DNA of 64,000 bases from Camelus ferus (Eukaryota): contig NC_045707.1 in NCBI RefSeq assembly GCF_009834535.1, positions 62,684,001-62,748,000 on the forward strand. The letters are read 5' to 3'. Numbering within the stretch: the stretch's first letter is position 1; each line of letters starts with the position of its first letter. Positions 23,056 to 36,500 of this stretch are shown here, in pieces. The position numbers and the translations under genes are program-made. The notes beneath the pieces were generated by a model. It ran no database searches. It was not told the DNA's origin and saw nothing but the letters and a program-made list of their open reading frames with translations.

Positions 23056-26000
23056 AAACTCTCCTCAAGGTGGGCATTGGACAATAATACATAAGACCAT
23101 CCAACCTCAGGGAGAAAACATGTTGATCCATGTCATTGCATAGATTAGAGTTGGACCAAGTTTTGATACAATGTAGTGAAAAAAGCATAGACTTTGTACT
23201 ACTATAGGCTTAACTCTGATCCTCAAAGGTTTTAAGTAGAATGGTTCTGAACTTCATGTTCCTTCAGTTATATGATGCTGGATGAAACAGTCTTAAAATG
23301 TTATTATGAAACTTAAAAGACATAATTTGTGAAACTGAGTAACAGTGGCAGCCATATAATAACACATTCTGAGCAAATTTTGTTTTATTCAAATTGACCT
23401 GTGTGTTTACTTTTTGCAGTTATTTAATTGGATATGATATTTTTAGTTTTCTCCATTGCCATCTTCTTAAAAATAATCTACATCTTCATGTTTCTTTTTA
23501 GTGCGAAATATAAAGTTTCAAGCCAAAAATAGAACACTGTGTATATGCCCAGAAATGTTGTTTTCCTTCCTTCTTTTTTAGAAAATACATGCAATTACAT
23601 ATGCTATATTAATTGTCAAATGACAATGTTCCATAGCTCCATATTTGTTTACAGGAAATATTTTAAAACTCTCACTCTGAACAAATCTCACAAAAGTGGT
23701 TACATATTTGGACATAAAACAGAAACTTAATTTCACGTTATTTATGGCATCTTGACAATTCGTTAGTTCAAATTCCAGCAAACATTTTTTTTTTTCTGTC
23801 TAAGATTGAGGTGTTCCCTTCAGGAACTCTGCTGGAAAGAAAGAATCTGTGATTTTTCTCTATTTTGCTGGTGATTATAAGCAGGAGGTAGTCACAGCTC
23901 AACTGCTTGTTGTTGGTGTGTGTTTGGTTTGGGGAGAAGGTTTACTTGGAAGAAAAAAACTAAGCCATTATCTATGGAGTAAGATAATGCCACTGAGTAC
24001 AAATTTAAAAGGTTTTTATTTAAGCCAGGTAATTAGATTTTGGAATGTATCCAGTGAACTTCAATTAAGCAATCTAACCCAGGAAACTCAATGGCACTTC
24101 TAAAAAGGATATGTAAAAATAATAAATACAAATAAAACAGAAAAGAAAAATCCAGTGAACACACCTATGACGTATGCGCTGTAGAATCAAAGACATAAAA
24201 ACAGGTTTTCCAAAATTTTTACAGCAGAATATCTTTGAATCAACTTTACAATGGAATAATACTTACGAAAGCAATAAAGTTAGTCTTATCATTTCATAAA
24301 CAAACCATGCCTCTCTAAAATGGAATGGCTTTCACTCGTTATGACAAAAATGTCTGGTGGAATACATGTTCTCACAAAATTATGCTGTCATCTTTTCTAA
24401 TACTATTTTTGGAATTACAAAAATAAAATTTCATTGTTTCTTGATATTAGATTAAGTGACAAGAAAATATTGGAAAATTTAAAAATGAGAAATGGTGCTT
24501 TTTTCTAGAGGTTAAAGAAAATCTTTAATAGACATTTCAGACAATCTAATTTAATCTTCATAACTTCTCTAAGAAGTAAAAGAGTAAACACTTCAATATT
24601 TACGTCATGAATTAAAATGAGAAGTATTTAAGCCATTCTTCTTTCGAACTTAATTCTACATTGGAAATATCTCACACTATGTTCATCCTCATGTTTTTAC
24701 CTGTACTTTTCTGTATCTTCTCACATTTACTTTTGTCTTTTTTAGAAGGGAATGTAAGGGTCAAAAGATCATGTATCTTTTTAACCACCCTCCCTCTTCC
24801 AAATATCTAATATGGCACAGTTCCATGCTGTCAAAGAGAATCAATATTGGCAATGATGAAAACTGTTCAGCAGAATAAAACCCTATTTATTGTTACAACC
24901 CAGTAGTCACTGCCGTGATGGGATCTAAGTGCCACCTGTGTCAACGAGAGGACGTACAAGACCACTCAAATGAAAATAACTCCTAATCAAGAATGATAGC
25001 TCTTCAAACACCCTGTGCTTATGGACAGTGCTCTGCTAGGGGTTACAATCTCTGGAAATTTTTCCCCCAGACATATAATAGTCCCTGAAGATGCCCTGTT
25101 ATTTTCCAGTGTGTCTCAGAAACGGGGAAGATGTGTCAGAGCCAGCAATACACTGAGTGCCAGTGTAAAATGGTACCTTACACTCTCACAGAGGTTTAAC
25201 AAAGAAATGAGGAGTGAGAGGACTGGGGATGACGTTTCCCATTTGTACTGCGCCGCGGAACATGCTTTCACACTCTGAAGTGCCAAAAGGAAAACAAAAA
25301 AAAATTCAAGTAGAATGAGAAAGAAAAGCAGGTGTGAAGGCATCACACTTGGCTACTGTAAATGTTATTTAGCAAAATTCATATTATTCTTGATAAAAAG
25401 ACAATGAGAATCTGCACGAGAACCTACAACAGAGCTCCAAAACAAAGATAATGTAGGACCATGTAGACATGCAAGTTTGACTTCTGAGAGTTTGGTATGA
25501 GCTAAATAAATAGAGAGATGGCCGTGGTCCCCTGGCAGGTCACTCTGCCTATCCTTTCTGCCTGACCTCCAATTGAGACAGATGGTTATTAAGGTTGAAA
25601 CTATCTTGAAATCTTTCTGAGCTGGACACCTTCTACCTTGAAAGTAGCTGAGTGTGTTAGTGTCTCATTGCTGGAGCTAAACCCTATGGCCGCTGCATGT
25701 CCACTGACTTGTCATTACTAAGAACCAAGGTATCATCACTGAGAAACAGAAGCCTTCTCCCAAATAATTCTGCAAATCTCTGGACTTTGCCATTCATGAC
25801 GTGTAAGGTCTGGAAGCCAAGAAGTTCAAGGGCAAGTTCTGAGTCAAGACCATGAATATCATCTGTTAGTAAGACAAGTTCTTCTCCAGGACCACCTCTT
25901 TAGTTCAGCATGATTGGACGGGCAGATTGGAAACTCAGTTTGTTCTGATACTGTTTGAATCTATTGTTTTCTACAAAGAACATACCATTTGGCATTAAAA

Positions 26001-26654
26001 TACCTGTGTTTACTTATTAAATCTAGGACTCACTGCTTATGCAACCTTGGGATCCCAAGGACAAGTACTCCTCCTAAAGGGAGGACGTTGCTTTAGTGAT
26101 GTCGAATTTGGGCTCTGGTTTCTTGGTGAGAATTTACAGTAGGCACTAGGGTGAGAGGAATATGGGGAAAACACTCCCTCTTTGGTAAAAATCCCCATTT
26201 TTGTCTCAAGGCTGTTTTTTTTTTTTTTTCCCCAAACTTCTAACCCTAAAGCTGTGGGAGTAGGGGTTAGGGAAGACGGTTATTTGTCCCTAAAATATCC
26301 TGCCACTATTCTATATTTGCCTTAAATTTTACAAAGTGTGTCTTGGGAAAATTTCCATGATAAAAAAGACCAACAATCTGAAGAAGTTATGCACAGGTAG
26401 ACGGGAGGAAATGTGAGGGACGAGAGGGGAACACACACACCCTTGTCTCAGCATGGCCATCATTAATATTGCCCTCATGTTTATCTGGACATCCCTCTGC
26501 TTCAAGTCCTGGCTTTGAAAGAAACCTCAATCAAATGCACTGAAATTTATTTCCATCTGTTTTTCCAAGGACGTTTCCAAATTTAAAGTAGCAGAAAGCA
26601 GCAGTTTTGGGGGAATCACCTTAACAAGAAAGATGTGATGCATATGTGAAAAGA

Positions 26655-26873
26655 AATAATTTTATTGGGACATATTTTACACATCATAAGATCCACCCAT
26701 GGCAGGTGAACAATTTAATTATTTTTGAAGTAAATTTACCAAGTTGAGCATCACCCTTAATCAGTTCTAGAACATTTTTGTCACCCAATGTGACCCCTCA
26801 TGATTTACTCTTAACCCTCATCCCACCTCCCTCCCAAGGCAACCACCAATCTACTTACAACCTCTATAGATTT
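26655..26873 (-). mobile_element. L1MB-like 3' end
   Basis: ttttattgggacatattttacacatcataagatccacc...ttctagaacatttttgtcaccc...ggcaaccaccaatctact...tctatagattt. Confidence 0.85.
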
Positions 26874-26879
26874 TAGAGG

Positions 26880-27100
26880 CTAGATTTGAACAGTTTCTGA
26901 TGCCAGGCTTAAATATTTAAATAATGGAGATCATTAAAGAGATTAAAGGGGAATAATGTATTTCCAGATGCTTATTTCGAAGATTCTCTGATTGCCTGAG
27001 GATGACAGATTAAAGATGAGAACCTGGACATCAGGAGACTGGCTATGGGAGTGCTGCGATAATCCAGTTGTGGGTAAATGAGTCAGGGAACTTGTGGTGG
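26880..27100 (-). mobile_element. L2 fragment
   Basis: aatggagatcattaaagagattaaa...caggagactggctatgggagtgctgcgataatccag. Confidence 0.55.
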
Positions 27101-27945
27101 GGGCTTGGCAGGGCTTGGCTCATGCATTTGCAGAACAGGCAGCTCTCTTTGTGATGTGAATTCTCTTGAAGAGCCTGGATATGGAGAGGGGTTACCAGAG
27201 GAGAGCCAGAGCCTCAGGAAAGCTTTATCCCCTTTGACTGGTGGTATATGGAACAGGTAGTAGGTGAAAAAAAGGGGGAGATTATGTTTATGCATGTTTT
27301 CTAGGAACTCTGTGCTTGAGAGAAGAAAGGGAAAGAGAAGCTATGTGATTGTGGTTTATAGATGGTGGGGCACTGCAGATAAAAGTCTAGCCCTGGTGAA
27401 GAGTGCACCCAAATTGGGGCTGCCTGGGGGAGGAGAGAATTCAGATAAAGCTGACCATCCTAAATATCTCAGGGCGCAAAACAAGTTGGCCCAGAGTGAA
27501 TATCAGCTTTTCTCATGAGTTGAGGTTGCTAAAAATCGTCCCCACCCGCAATTATTTCTGCCACGGACCTCTCCTGGATTGACATTTACTCCTTTCCTTG
27601 TATTAAAGCAAATACCTCTGCTAAAGGGTTAATACGTTACTTAGATAAGGCATGGTGTTAAGCCATTATCATCAATTGGCCAGTAGCAGATTAGTCAGAT
27701 GTCAACAAGAAAGGAAGACACTTGTGAGAAAATGAGAAACAGGCCAAACAAGTTTGGATGAGTCGATTCTGAACAACGGTTCTACCAAGAATCCTGAGCT
27801 GAGCGCAGCTGGGACTCCAGAAAGACACTTTCTCAGTCATGCCTTGTACAAGTGTACTGGGTATTGGCCTTCCTATTGTGTGCGCCTTTTCTTTCAAAGA
27901 TAAACTTCCACCTCTGTATACTCTAAATGAACTCTAAAATGAAGC

Positions 27946-28415
27946 TGTCATGGAGGAAAAAAATGCTGCCTGCCATTTCAGTAAACAGGGAATTACGCCC
28001 TCCATCAAACCATCAGCCCTCCATCAAACCATCAGCCACTGCAACCGCCCCTTAAGGTGCACCCTGAGGGGAATTCAGGATGAAGAAAACAGGATTCTGG
28101 CCCTGGATAGTTAAGATGCATATCAAAGGAATAATTTCAAAGAGCGCAGACCCTTGCATCTTCCTGTGCATAGAAGAACATAAAATCTTTAACTTGAGAT
28201 ATCTGTTTTTTGTGTGATTAGCAGTAATTTTTTGATGTTCAAATACATTTTTTTTTCCCAGCAAAAACTCCTGTGTATTGTGGTTCCTCCCTTACGTCTT
28301 TGGAACAGTTCCTCAGAGCTATCTGAGACACTGTGTCCTGGGTTATAGTCTTCTGATTGTCCACTAATAAAACATAATTTTCAACTTTTAGGTTGTACTT
28401 TTTTTCAGTTGAACA
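27946..28415 (+). mobile_element. ERV1 solo LTR (cetartiodactyl MER41/MER34-superfamily-like)
   Basis: TG...CA ends; ccctgaggggaattcagga...ggccctggatagttaagatgcatatcaaaggaat; cctcagagctatctgaga; AATAAA at ~28366; terminal tttttcagttgaaca. Confidence 0.85.
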
Positions 28416-28564
28416 CTATCTGCATTTTTTTTTCCTGGTGATTTCTTGTTGCTTTTTCCTGATTTCCTGTCCAAATCAGTCTATTGATTTACACTCATTT
28501 ACTCAAATATATTGTGCTGAAAGGCCCTGCGAGGGCCACAAAGAAATGTTAAATATTTATGACC

Positions 28565-28964
28565 AGGAGACACAGAAGGAAACCAACAGTCATTCGTCTC
28601 ATCCTTAGTAACAAAGCTCAATTTTATTCATGGTGCAAATGGATCCAAGTAAAAATTTGTTATTTCCCAGCTCTCCCCCTAGTAACTAGAAGTATCTGCA
28701 TAACATAAATTTTGTCCAAATGCATATAGCTGGGGGTAACAGTTTGATTACTTAAGAAAAGAATTCTAAACAGAACTAACCCACTTGGCACATACCCTTT
28801 TAACCTTTTGCCATTCTGGTTCTTCTTGCCCAGAATAGAGCTGTGATGCTGGAAATGGAGCAGCTATCTTGTAACCTTGAGGTAATATGTATAAGCTAAC
28901 AAAGGTCAATTGAAAAAATAGGGGTAAGTGTCACTAATGGCATGGTGATTCACCTTTCTAGTCT
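28565..28964 (+). mobile_element. MLT1J-like MaLR LTR, 3' end missing
   Basis: tatttcccagc...tgtgatgctggaaatggagcagctatcttgtaaccttgagg; similarity stops abruptly at 28964. Confidence 0.7.
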
Positions 28965-29311
28965 TGTTAGGTACTTAGATAAGCGAGGGCACCAGGCAGA
29001 TAGGTGGAGGAGAGGGAGGATGGTCCGGAAGGTGGTGTTATGCCCACTTCCAGCATAAAGGTATTTTACTTTTTCTAAATGAAGTGCCAGTGAGAAACCA
29101 GTTAGAACCCGACAGCCACGATTGCTCGGTAGCGAGAAGGACCTAACCGGACACGACCCAATGCTCATTGTAATATAATTAGCATCGCGGTTTAGTCCGC
29201 CGCCCCAGGGTGTTTTCCTGTGTACACCATGGGTAAGGACATGTGCAAAGGGGACAAGCATAACTAGGCATTCCTGGGGCAAGAGCCGTCAATCAATCAA
29301 AAGACTTAACA
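28965..29311 (+). mobile_element. Young CpG-rich ERV LTR-like insert (right boundary 29311 or 29342)
   Basis: Starts TGTTAGGTAC; 13 CpG in ~350 bp; CCAAT, ATTAGCAT and GC-box motifs; TGTTA..TAACA termini; interrupts an MLT1 LTR. Confidence 0.6.
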
Positions 29312-29314
29312 GTG

Positions 29315-29570
29315 ACTTGAAGATTGAGAAGTTTTTCAAGCAGTCTTAGATATGGAAGAGATCACCGGGAACGGGAAAACAGGCAGAAATCAGCCTGTGA
29401 CAAGGCACAAAGGCTGACAAAGGGTGGAAAGAGGTGGCTGCAAGTATTTCAGTGCCACTGGAGTCTTGTGTGCGTATCACAGAATGGCAGGGCGATGGGC
29501 TGAGTCTAAGGGCAAGAGCCAGGTGTGGAAGAACAGCCCAGGGCATGCTAAGGAGTCTGTGCTTCATCCC
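29315..29570 (-). mobile_element. L2 fragment
   Basis: caggcagaaatcagcctgtgacaaggcacaaagg...gggcatgctaaggagtctgtgcttcatcc. Confidence 0.6.
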
Positions 29571-31394
29571 TTCATCCCGCATCCAGGGTTTACAGACTGG
29601 CATCCAGCAGTGGAACCCCTGTGTACTTGTGCAAATACCAAGTTCAGTTTTACATCTGAGTGTGTTTAGGTAGAATGTGCTCTATTTCTTTGCCGCAGGC
29701 TCCACAACTCCTCTTTAATGATGGTTACCACCTCACATAATTACATTAGATGCCTGGCTCCTGAAAATCTTCGTGTTTGTGAGGTCTTAGAGGAAAATTA
29801 AGCCAAGTGCTAAAGTCCATGAGGAAGACAGGAAACCTTGAAAATGCTGAGCAGATTCTAGTGACGAGTACATGTGTGCAGGGGTAAGTGGAAGGCAGAG
29901 TCATCAAATGAGGAAGCCTCGATTTCATAGCCAGAAAAAAAAAATCCTAAGTGCCAGGATGCAATGAAAGAAGTTAAATATCTCTAATAAACTCTAGCCA
30001 AGATGAGAGAGGATAAGAAATGGTCTCATTCAACAGTGTGGAAAGGAAAGCAGAGTAGCCCAGAAGAAGCTTTATTTTAAATAAGCATTTAATAAACTGA
30101 AGACGTTCATGTTTAAGACATACAACTCTCTAATTTCTTAGAAATCTTTCATATATTGGTCTCCCAGTCAAAATGCTAAATACTTGATTTGTAATTCAAT
30201 CAACAGTAAACATTTAGTAAGTATTTACTAAGTACAGGTATAAATTTCCAAACTTTTGGGAGATCTAATATTTATTTTTACCTAACAGACTTTATAGCAT
30301 CTTAAATATCAAGGTGTGAAAACAACTTGGGAGTTATTCATTGTTATTGTGAGAAACAAAGTATACAGGAAGTGGTAAATTTAGTAGGAAAGCATAACGG
30401 ATAAAAATGATCAGATTACAAGGTAATAATAATACATTATCAATTTATACTAATATGTATTATTTAACCCAAGTAGTTTTAGCATCTTCAATAATGAATA
30501 TAATGTATAAAATGCACAAATAGAAAGACATCATATATCCCGTGAGCATTTTTACCAGGGTGTTAATGACCTGCTTGAGTTAGCACCTTGGGCTTTGCCT
30601 CCAGCCTTAAAATACAGTCAGTTATTACCTGCTCAAATCTATACCAGCATGTTTTAACTAGACTAAATATACTCTAAGGAGAGGTAAATATTATACTGTT
30701 TCATTTTCATTCTCAGCTTCTAAAATCACAGCTATTATTCATAATTCAATTGTAGTTTTGAGCATGCTATAATGGACCTGTAAGTGAAAATCATGTACTT
30801 GTGACAGTGTTTTAAAATTCTTGACTCATAAGATTAAAAATATCTGAGTGTGAAGTAGATTTAAAATATCTTCTTATACATGCTTAAACCACATATTATC
30901 GTTTTTTTCCTTTTTATCCATATATAGTTATATCTTTGATTATAACATTTTGAGATGATATTAAATCACCAGTTGAAAATAAGCTAAATGTAACTGGGCT
31001 TTTAAAGCTTCCAAACTAAAATGGAGACTACAGAGCAAACTTCATTCACTCAAGCATCATCAACTTTTTCATTATTTGGACTAACACGCCCTCCTACCCC
31101 TTGGCCCAGAGCCAAAAAGCAATTTGCATTTTGTTAATTATTCACAAATTTTGGAGGGAGGGAGTGATATCTGAAGACTCACATGGTCAGTACTGTCTCT
31201 GCATTCCTTATTCACTCAAACTAAAAAATGGATAATGTTTGTATAAGCAGAGTCTTAGGTGGATAGCTGGGAGATTACTATGATTTAAGATTTAGAACTG
31301 CTTAAAGCGTTAATGAAATTAGGTCAATATCATCCAATATCTTGTCAGAAATTTGATACAATTCATACTAGTGATAATAATAACACTGTAATAA

Positions 31395-31730
31395 TAATTG
31401 TAATAGCCACATCTATTAATTTCATTGAGCATATAAAATGTGCTAAGTACTGTATTAAATATTTTTTCACAAATCATCTCATTTACTCTTCAGGACAACT
31501 CTATCCATAGAACTATCATCTCTGTTTTATAGCTCATAATAGCCAGTATTTACTGAGTTCCAATTATATGTTCAATTGGCAACATCCCAATGAAATAGTT
31601 ACCATTTTCTGGAAGAGAAAATCTAAACTTCGAGCGAGAAAGTGATTTGCCTAAATTCCCATATGTAGTGTAGTTGTGTCCATGACACACTTGTAATGTA
31701 AGAACTCAGGTTCTTAACCTCAGTGTTGTA
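31395..31730 (-). mobile_element. Two adjacent MIR fragments
   Basis: ttcattgagc...tgtgctaagtactgt...atctcatttactcttcaggacaactct; then tttactgag...agaaagtgatttgcctaa. Confidence 0.7.
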
Positions 31731-31967
31731 ACCGTCAAATGTGTTAGTCATTGTGAGTAAATCTAAATGCTTTAACTCCAAAGTCTCATCAGATCAGCAA
31801 AACAAAGTTTAAATTGTTCACTCATGTTATGATCCAAGATCCAATGAAGGTGAAATGTTTGTTTATCAGTAATGGAATCTGAGAAATGGAGTTTATCTGT
31901 GGGCCCAAGAGAAAAATAAAATAGGTTTGAAACGAATAGGGCATTTTCTCTCTCCTACTATATTTTA

Positions 31968-32063
31968 TATTTTTTAACATTTTTTTATTGAGTTATACTC
32001 ATTTTGCAATGTATCAAATTCCAGTGTAGAGCACAAATTTTCAGTTATACGTGAACATACATG
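31968..32063 (-). mobile_element. Severely 5'-truncated camelid-type L1 3' end (~95 bp)
   Basis: ttttttattgagttatactcattttgcaatgtatcaaattccagtgtagagcaca is nearly identical to the L1 end at 37.5 kb; possible decayed TSD 31953-31967 / 32064-32078 (12/15). Confidence 0.85.
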
Positions 32064-32079
32064 TCGTACTTCATTTTAA

Positions 32080-32450
32080 AATCTTGACTTTTCTATGTGA
32101 AAGCAGGAAGGAACTATTGAATTATTTTAAGCATGGAATGATATTAGTAAATTTCTGTTTTACAATTATGACAGCAGTGATATTTCAGAATAGAAGTGTA
32201 TGCTTTGGTCTACACATTGTGAGACCAGACAAGGGGAAGCCCTCTAGGGGCACCAGTTTCCATGAGAAATCACGAGAGCAGAGGTGAATATGGTGGCTTT
32301 AGGAATTAAGAGAAAATACGGGTGAAACCACCAGGAGATATTTGGGGGGTAGAATCAAAAGGATTCTTGAATATTGGGTGTGAACAATAATGGAGAAAAA
32401 GGGCCAAAAATAGTTCTGAGGTTTTAAGCTTGGGGCACAATGTGTGGTAG
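32080..32450 (-). mobile_element. L2 fragment
   Basis: ggaactattgaattattttaagcatggaatgata...ggtagaatcaaaaggattcttga...tctgaggttttaagcttggg. Confidence 0.65.
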
Positions 32451-32609
32451 TAAGGATTATCGTGTAGATGTGATTTCTCTACGTGTTTAGAAGTCCTTTG
32501 TCAGCTAGGCAGATGTGTGGACTATGCTGCATGAGGGCTTGCTTGCAGTGCTATAAAATCCCCCTAACAGCAAAATGAAGAAAAATGGATGAGTTGCAAA
32601 TTACTTTAT

Positions 32610-33570
32610 TTTATTCAACCATTCACTCAACTGACACATTTGGATTGTGAGTTTGTATGCTAAGCAAGCATTGTGCTGGGTATTAGCGGAAACAGTGTAA
32701 AAGACACAATCTCTGGGTTCAGGACGCTGAAGCCTCCTGATTCAACTTAATTTGTGCTAAATAAAAGCAAACATGAAATGTTATGACAATCTGTAGAAAG
32801 TGCATGAAAACCCAGAAATCTAGCAGAGAGGGTAAAAAAAAAAATCTTTGTAATAGTTTGAAGGAAGGATAAGAGTTAGCAAAGCAGAAAAAGAAGGTAT
32901 GTCAAGGCTGAAGGTTAGAACATGGATAGAGGCTCAGAAGGAAACAGGGGGTGCTGTGAGTAAAGACAGCAGGAAGGAAGTTGAGGCCTGAGTAGAGAAG
33001 TGAAGAAAGGCTGGCAAGTGATAAGGTGTGTGAGGTCAAAAGTTGCTGGGATGTGAAAGATTCTTACATTCCAAAGCCTTTTGAAGACTTCAGCTTAAAA
33101 AGCCACTGAAGGATTCTTAGCGGAGAAATGGCATGGTCACATTTACACATTATGAAAGTCATTCTTACAACAGCACGGATAGTGGATTGGATAAAAACAA
33201 GATCAGAGGCATGGGAACCTATTAGGGGGCTTTTAGTGAAGTCTGGCAGAGATGTGATAGTTAGTGGTCTGAAATAAAGCTGCTGCAGTGAAGAGGGAGA
33301 AGAGGGGGGGAATTCAAGAAATGTTAAGGAATCAAAATTGGTAGGGTTTTTATCCTCAGTGAGGTTAGAGGCTAAATAAGAGGAAAGAATGAAGATGATT
33401 CTCGGCTTTTTGACTTAAGTAACAAGGTATCTGATGGCGCTATTCAAAAAGATAGGGGAAAATGAAAAGAACACAGATCCGTGGAGAAAGGAAGAAGATA
33501 AACTTAGTTTTGGACATACAAGCCACCTCCGAAGCATCAGAGATGTCCAGCAGGAAGCTGGATGTAATTT
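32610..33570 (-). mobile_element. L2 LINE 3' ~950 bp
   Basis: attcaaccattcactcaa tail; aagccactgaaggattcttag; agttttggacat...gagatgtccagcaggaagctggat. Confidence 0.8.
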
Positions 33571-36500
33571 TTTAAAGGTAATATAACTTGAAGCCTCATG
33601 TACTATCTATTTATCTGCCTAATTAGCTCAGTGCTTTAACAAAGTCAAGTGAAGGGTCTCAGTTTAATTTCTTCTTCATGACTTCACTGGTAGACATCTG
33701 CCCATGACAGGTAAGAATAGCAACAGAGAACAAAAAATTAAGCGCAAATACATTGCCTAACTAATTGTTGGTCAGTAGAATCATCTTCTTTTTCAGAACT
33801 TAATTATAAATTGGAGAAAGTGAAAGCTTACCTTTTTAAATCTTATGTCTGTTTGGAAAGAAAAGGAACTTGAGAAGAAAAATCCAAGGGACAAATAAAA
33901 TGACACCTAATAAAAACCCATAGGGCACTAGTTAATCGTCTATGCCGATGCCCATATATTTACAATTAAAAATTATTATGACTTGAATCCAACCTTTCCC
34001 CCCCTTTTCTGAAAGAAAACTCAAATAATGAATATTAAAAAAAAGTAAATGGTTATCAAGTCACAAGGAATGTTATGCAATACAAATTACAAAACTAAAA
34101 TGTAGTTACACAAAATGATGATGTTCATGAGATAAGATGAATGTGTGTTCAACCAAAGAAACCACGTAATTGCAAAGCAGTCTGAAGCAGCTGGACTAAA
34201 TAATGAGAGTTCTTTCAAAAAGGAAATCTTTTTAGAAAACATAGCTTCCTGAAAAGTTTGCAGAAGTTGTCAGTACAGTTGACATAACTTTACACATTTA
34301 TTTAAAAATCTAAATAAAGCAAGGTTGACTAAGGAAGTTAGAAATAGAGCTCTGTGAAATAGGACCTAGAGGAGAGACTGTCGGTAGGCTCCAGACATAT
34401 GGATGGGTAGGGTTTCCAGACGTATGGGGCAGTTTTAATATTTCTGAGTATTTGATATAACTAATTCAAAGTCTCAGAGTCATTTCTGGCCAGACAGGGT
34501 GTGTGTTCTGGGATTCCTAACCTAATGCCAACCTCTTGGGAAAAGATCTCTCAAGAGCCTTTCTTGTAAGAACACAGAAAACCTCACCTGGCCATCATAA
34601 AGCTTTATAAACATCATTAGGAGAGAACTTTTTTAAAAGAACCAGAAATTTTCAGGATCATGCCTTAGAGCATCGATTGCTTTCTTTGCTCTCCAGGTGC
34701 GTGCAGACGTGGTGTCAGTCGTTTCAATCTGTTTCTTTACTCTTTTATGAAAATAGCTTGTCTGAGAAGACTTTTTCCTTAGAAATTATGACTATTTCAC
34801 TTCACAATTTGAGATCATATAATCTCTAAGCAAGCTCTTACGTTAGTGCTTTAATCAGAAAATGTCTCTGCTGAACAAAGTTTTGTTATTAATATGCAAA
34901 TGAATGCTGTAAGGCAGATGACACTTTTCCCCAAGCCACATTCAATTAACATACCAATAACTTTAGGTGCTTCTAGTGTAATCAGAATTAATGTTTTACA
35001 TGACAGATTTTTTAACACTTCTTAGGTTGTGAGAATAAAGAATCTGAAGCTATCATTTATTATCATGATGTAAATGCAAAACATACAGGTTGAGACAATG
35101 GAAGTGGCCAAAGATGACGTAAATATAGTAATGTTATAAATGCTATATAGGTTTCTATATTGATTGCTGAACCAGGGGACGATATGACTTCCCTAGAGAA
35201 GTCGTTTTGTGTTCAAATTAACAATTGTATCCATCTGTCATAATAGAATCAGATGATCAAAGTCTCTTCCACCCTACACCTGAAATTGAAACAACCACCA
35301 ACATAGAGGAAAAAAAATCACAACAGATCATGTGGTGAACTGCTTAACTCTACAAGGATCACCTTGTGCAAATTCACACAGTTGAAGCCTTGTAAGCGAT
35401 TAAAGTTCAAAATTAAGAATCAACCTGAAGATGTCTGCAGATTCTCTATAAGTGGAAAAGAAGTTCTTCAGTTTCTAAGTGTATTACGGATCGGTGTCAT
35501 TGTCAGCCTGCCATTAGACATGTTAGAATCAACATGGAGTGAAACCCTGAGGTCTCTTGATTTATTTTCTGCATGCTGGGGAATAATTTTGTGAAATTTA
35601 TTCAGCAACCACTTAGTCATCACCTATCATACTGTAGTCACTACTGTAGGTTCTGGCGCTGTAGTGTGAAAAAAATGTCTTGTATTACCCAAATGTAGCC
35701 CTTTTTTTAATTTTGTATGTTAAAGAATCTAATTTCTATTTCATATTGTATAATGGTGTTATCATAGATGTAAAAATGCAGCTATATGGGGTTTTTTCCT
35801 ACTAACTTCTTCGAATTGCTCCATATGTTCCATCACACAGTTTTTGAGCATTCAAACCTATCAGTTTCTAAGAGACCTGTAAAGACTTCTGTGTGTCAGC
35901 TTGTTTGTTCTTACTATATTCTGGGAGGTGTTGACTTGGATAATGGTTTCTCCTGGGGAAAAGACTGGCACCCCATTTCCCTGTCCTCGTATTTCGTGTG
36001 AATCTAAATCCTGCAAGAATATAAAAATTACTTTACTGAACATTTCCGGTGCTCATAGTCAGCACTTATGTCATCAGTATTAAATGGATCAGGATTCCTT
36101 CTCTGTAGTCAAAAACAAAGGTTTCACATTCATTTGAATTTCAACCTATTTCATGCTTCAAACATTAGTTTGGAGGCAATCTGCTTCAGACATAACGTAT
36201 AGTCGAGACATTTCAAACAGAAAGTTGATCCCTGAATTAAATGTAGCCCTCTCCACCCTCAATACACCAAAAACTTAAAATGTATAATTTTAAACGTATC
36301 ACACTTCAGCCCAATACTTCACATATGCCTGCTGTGTTTTATTAGGGTATTACTTTTGCCACATTTTATTGGGCTATTCTTTTGTCCACCCACGTGACTG
36401 ACACCTAACATGCTGCCGTCCAGCAACACATCAGCAACATAACTTTCAACAGCTCCTGGTGTTACGCTGCTGTTGGCTGTAATTGCTCTTAGAGAAGTGC

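Noticed and set aside
28950..29282. 110-aa minus-strand ORF
   Set aside because: Antisense frame across the GC-rich LTR-like insert; open by composition, no recognisable domain.
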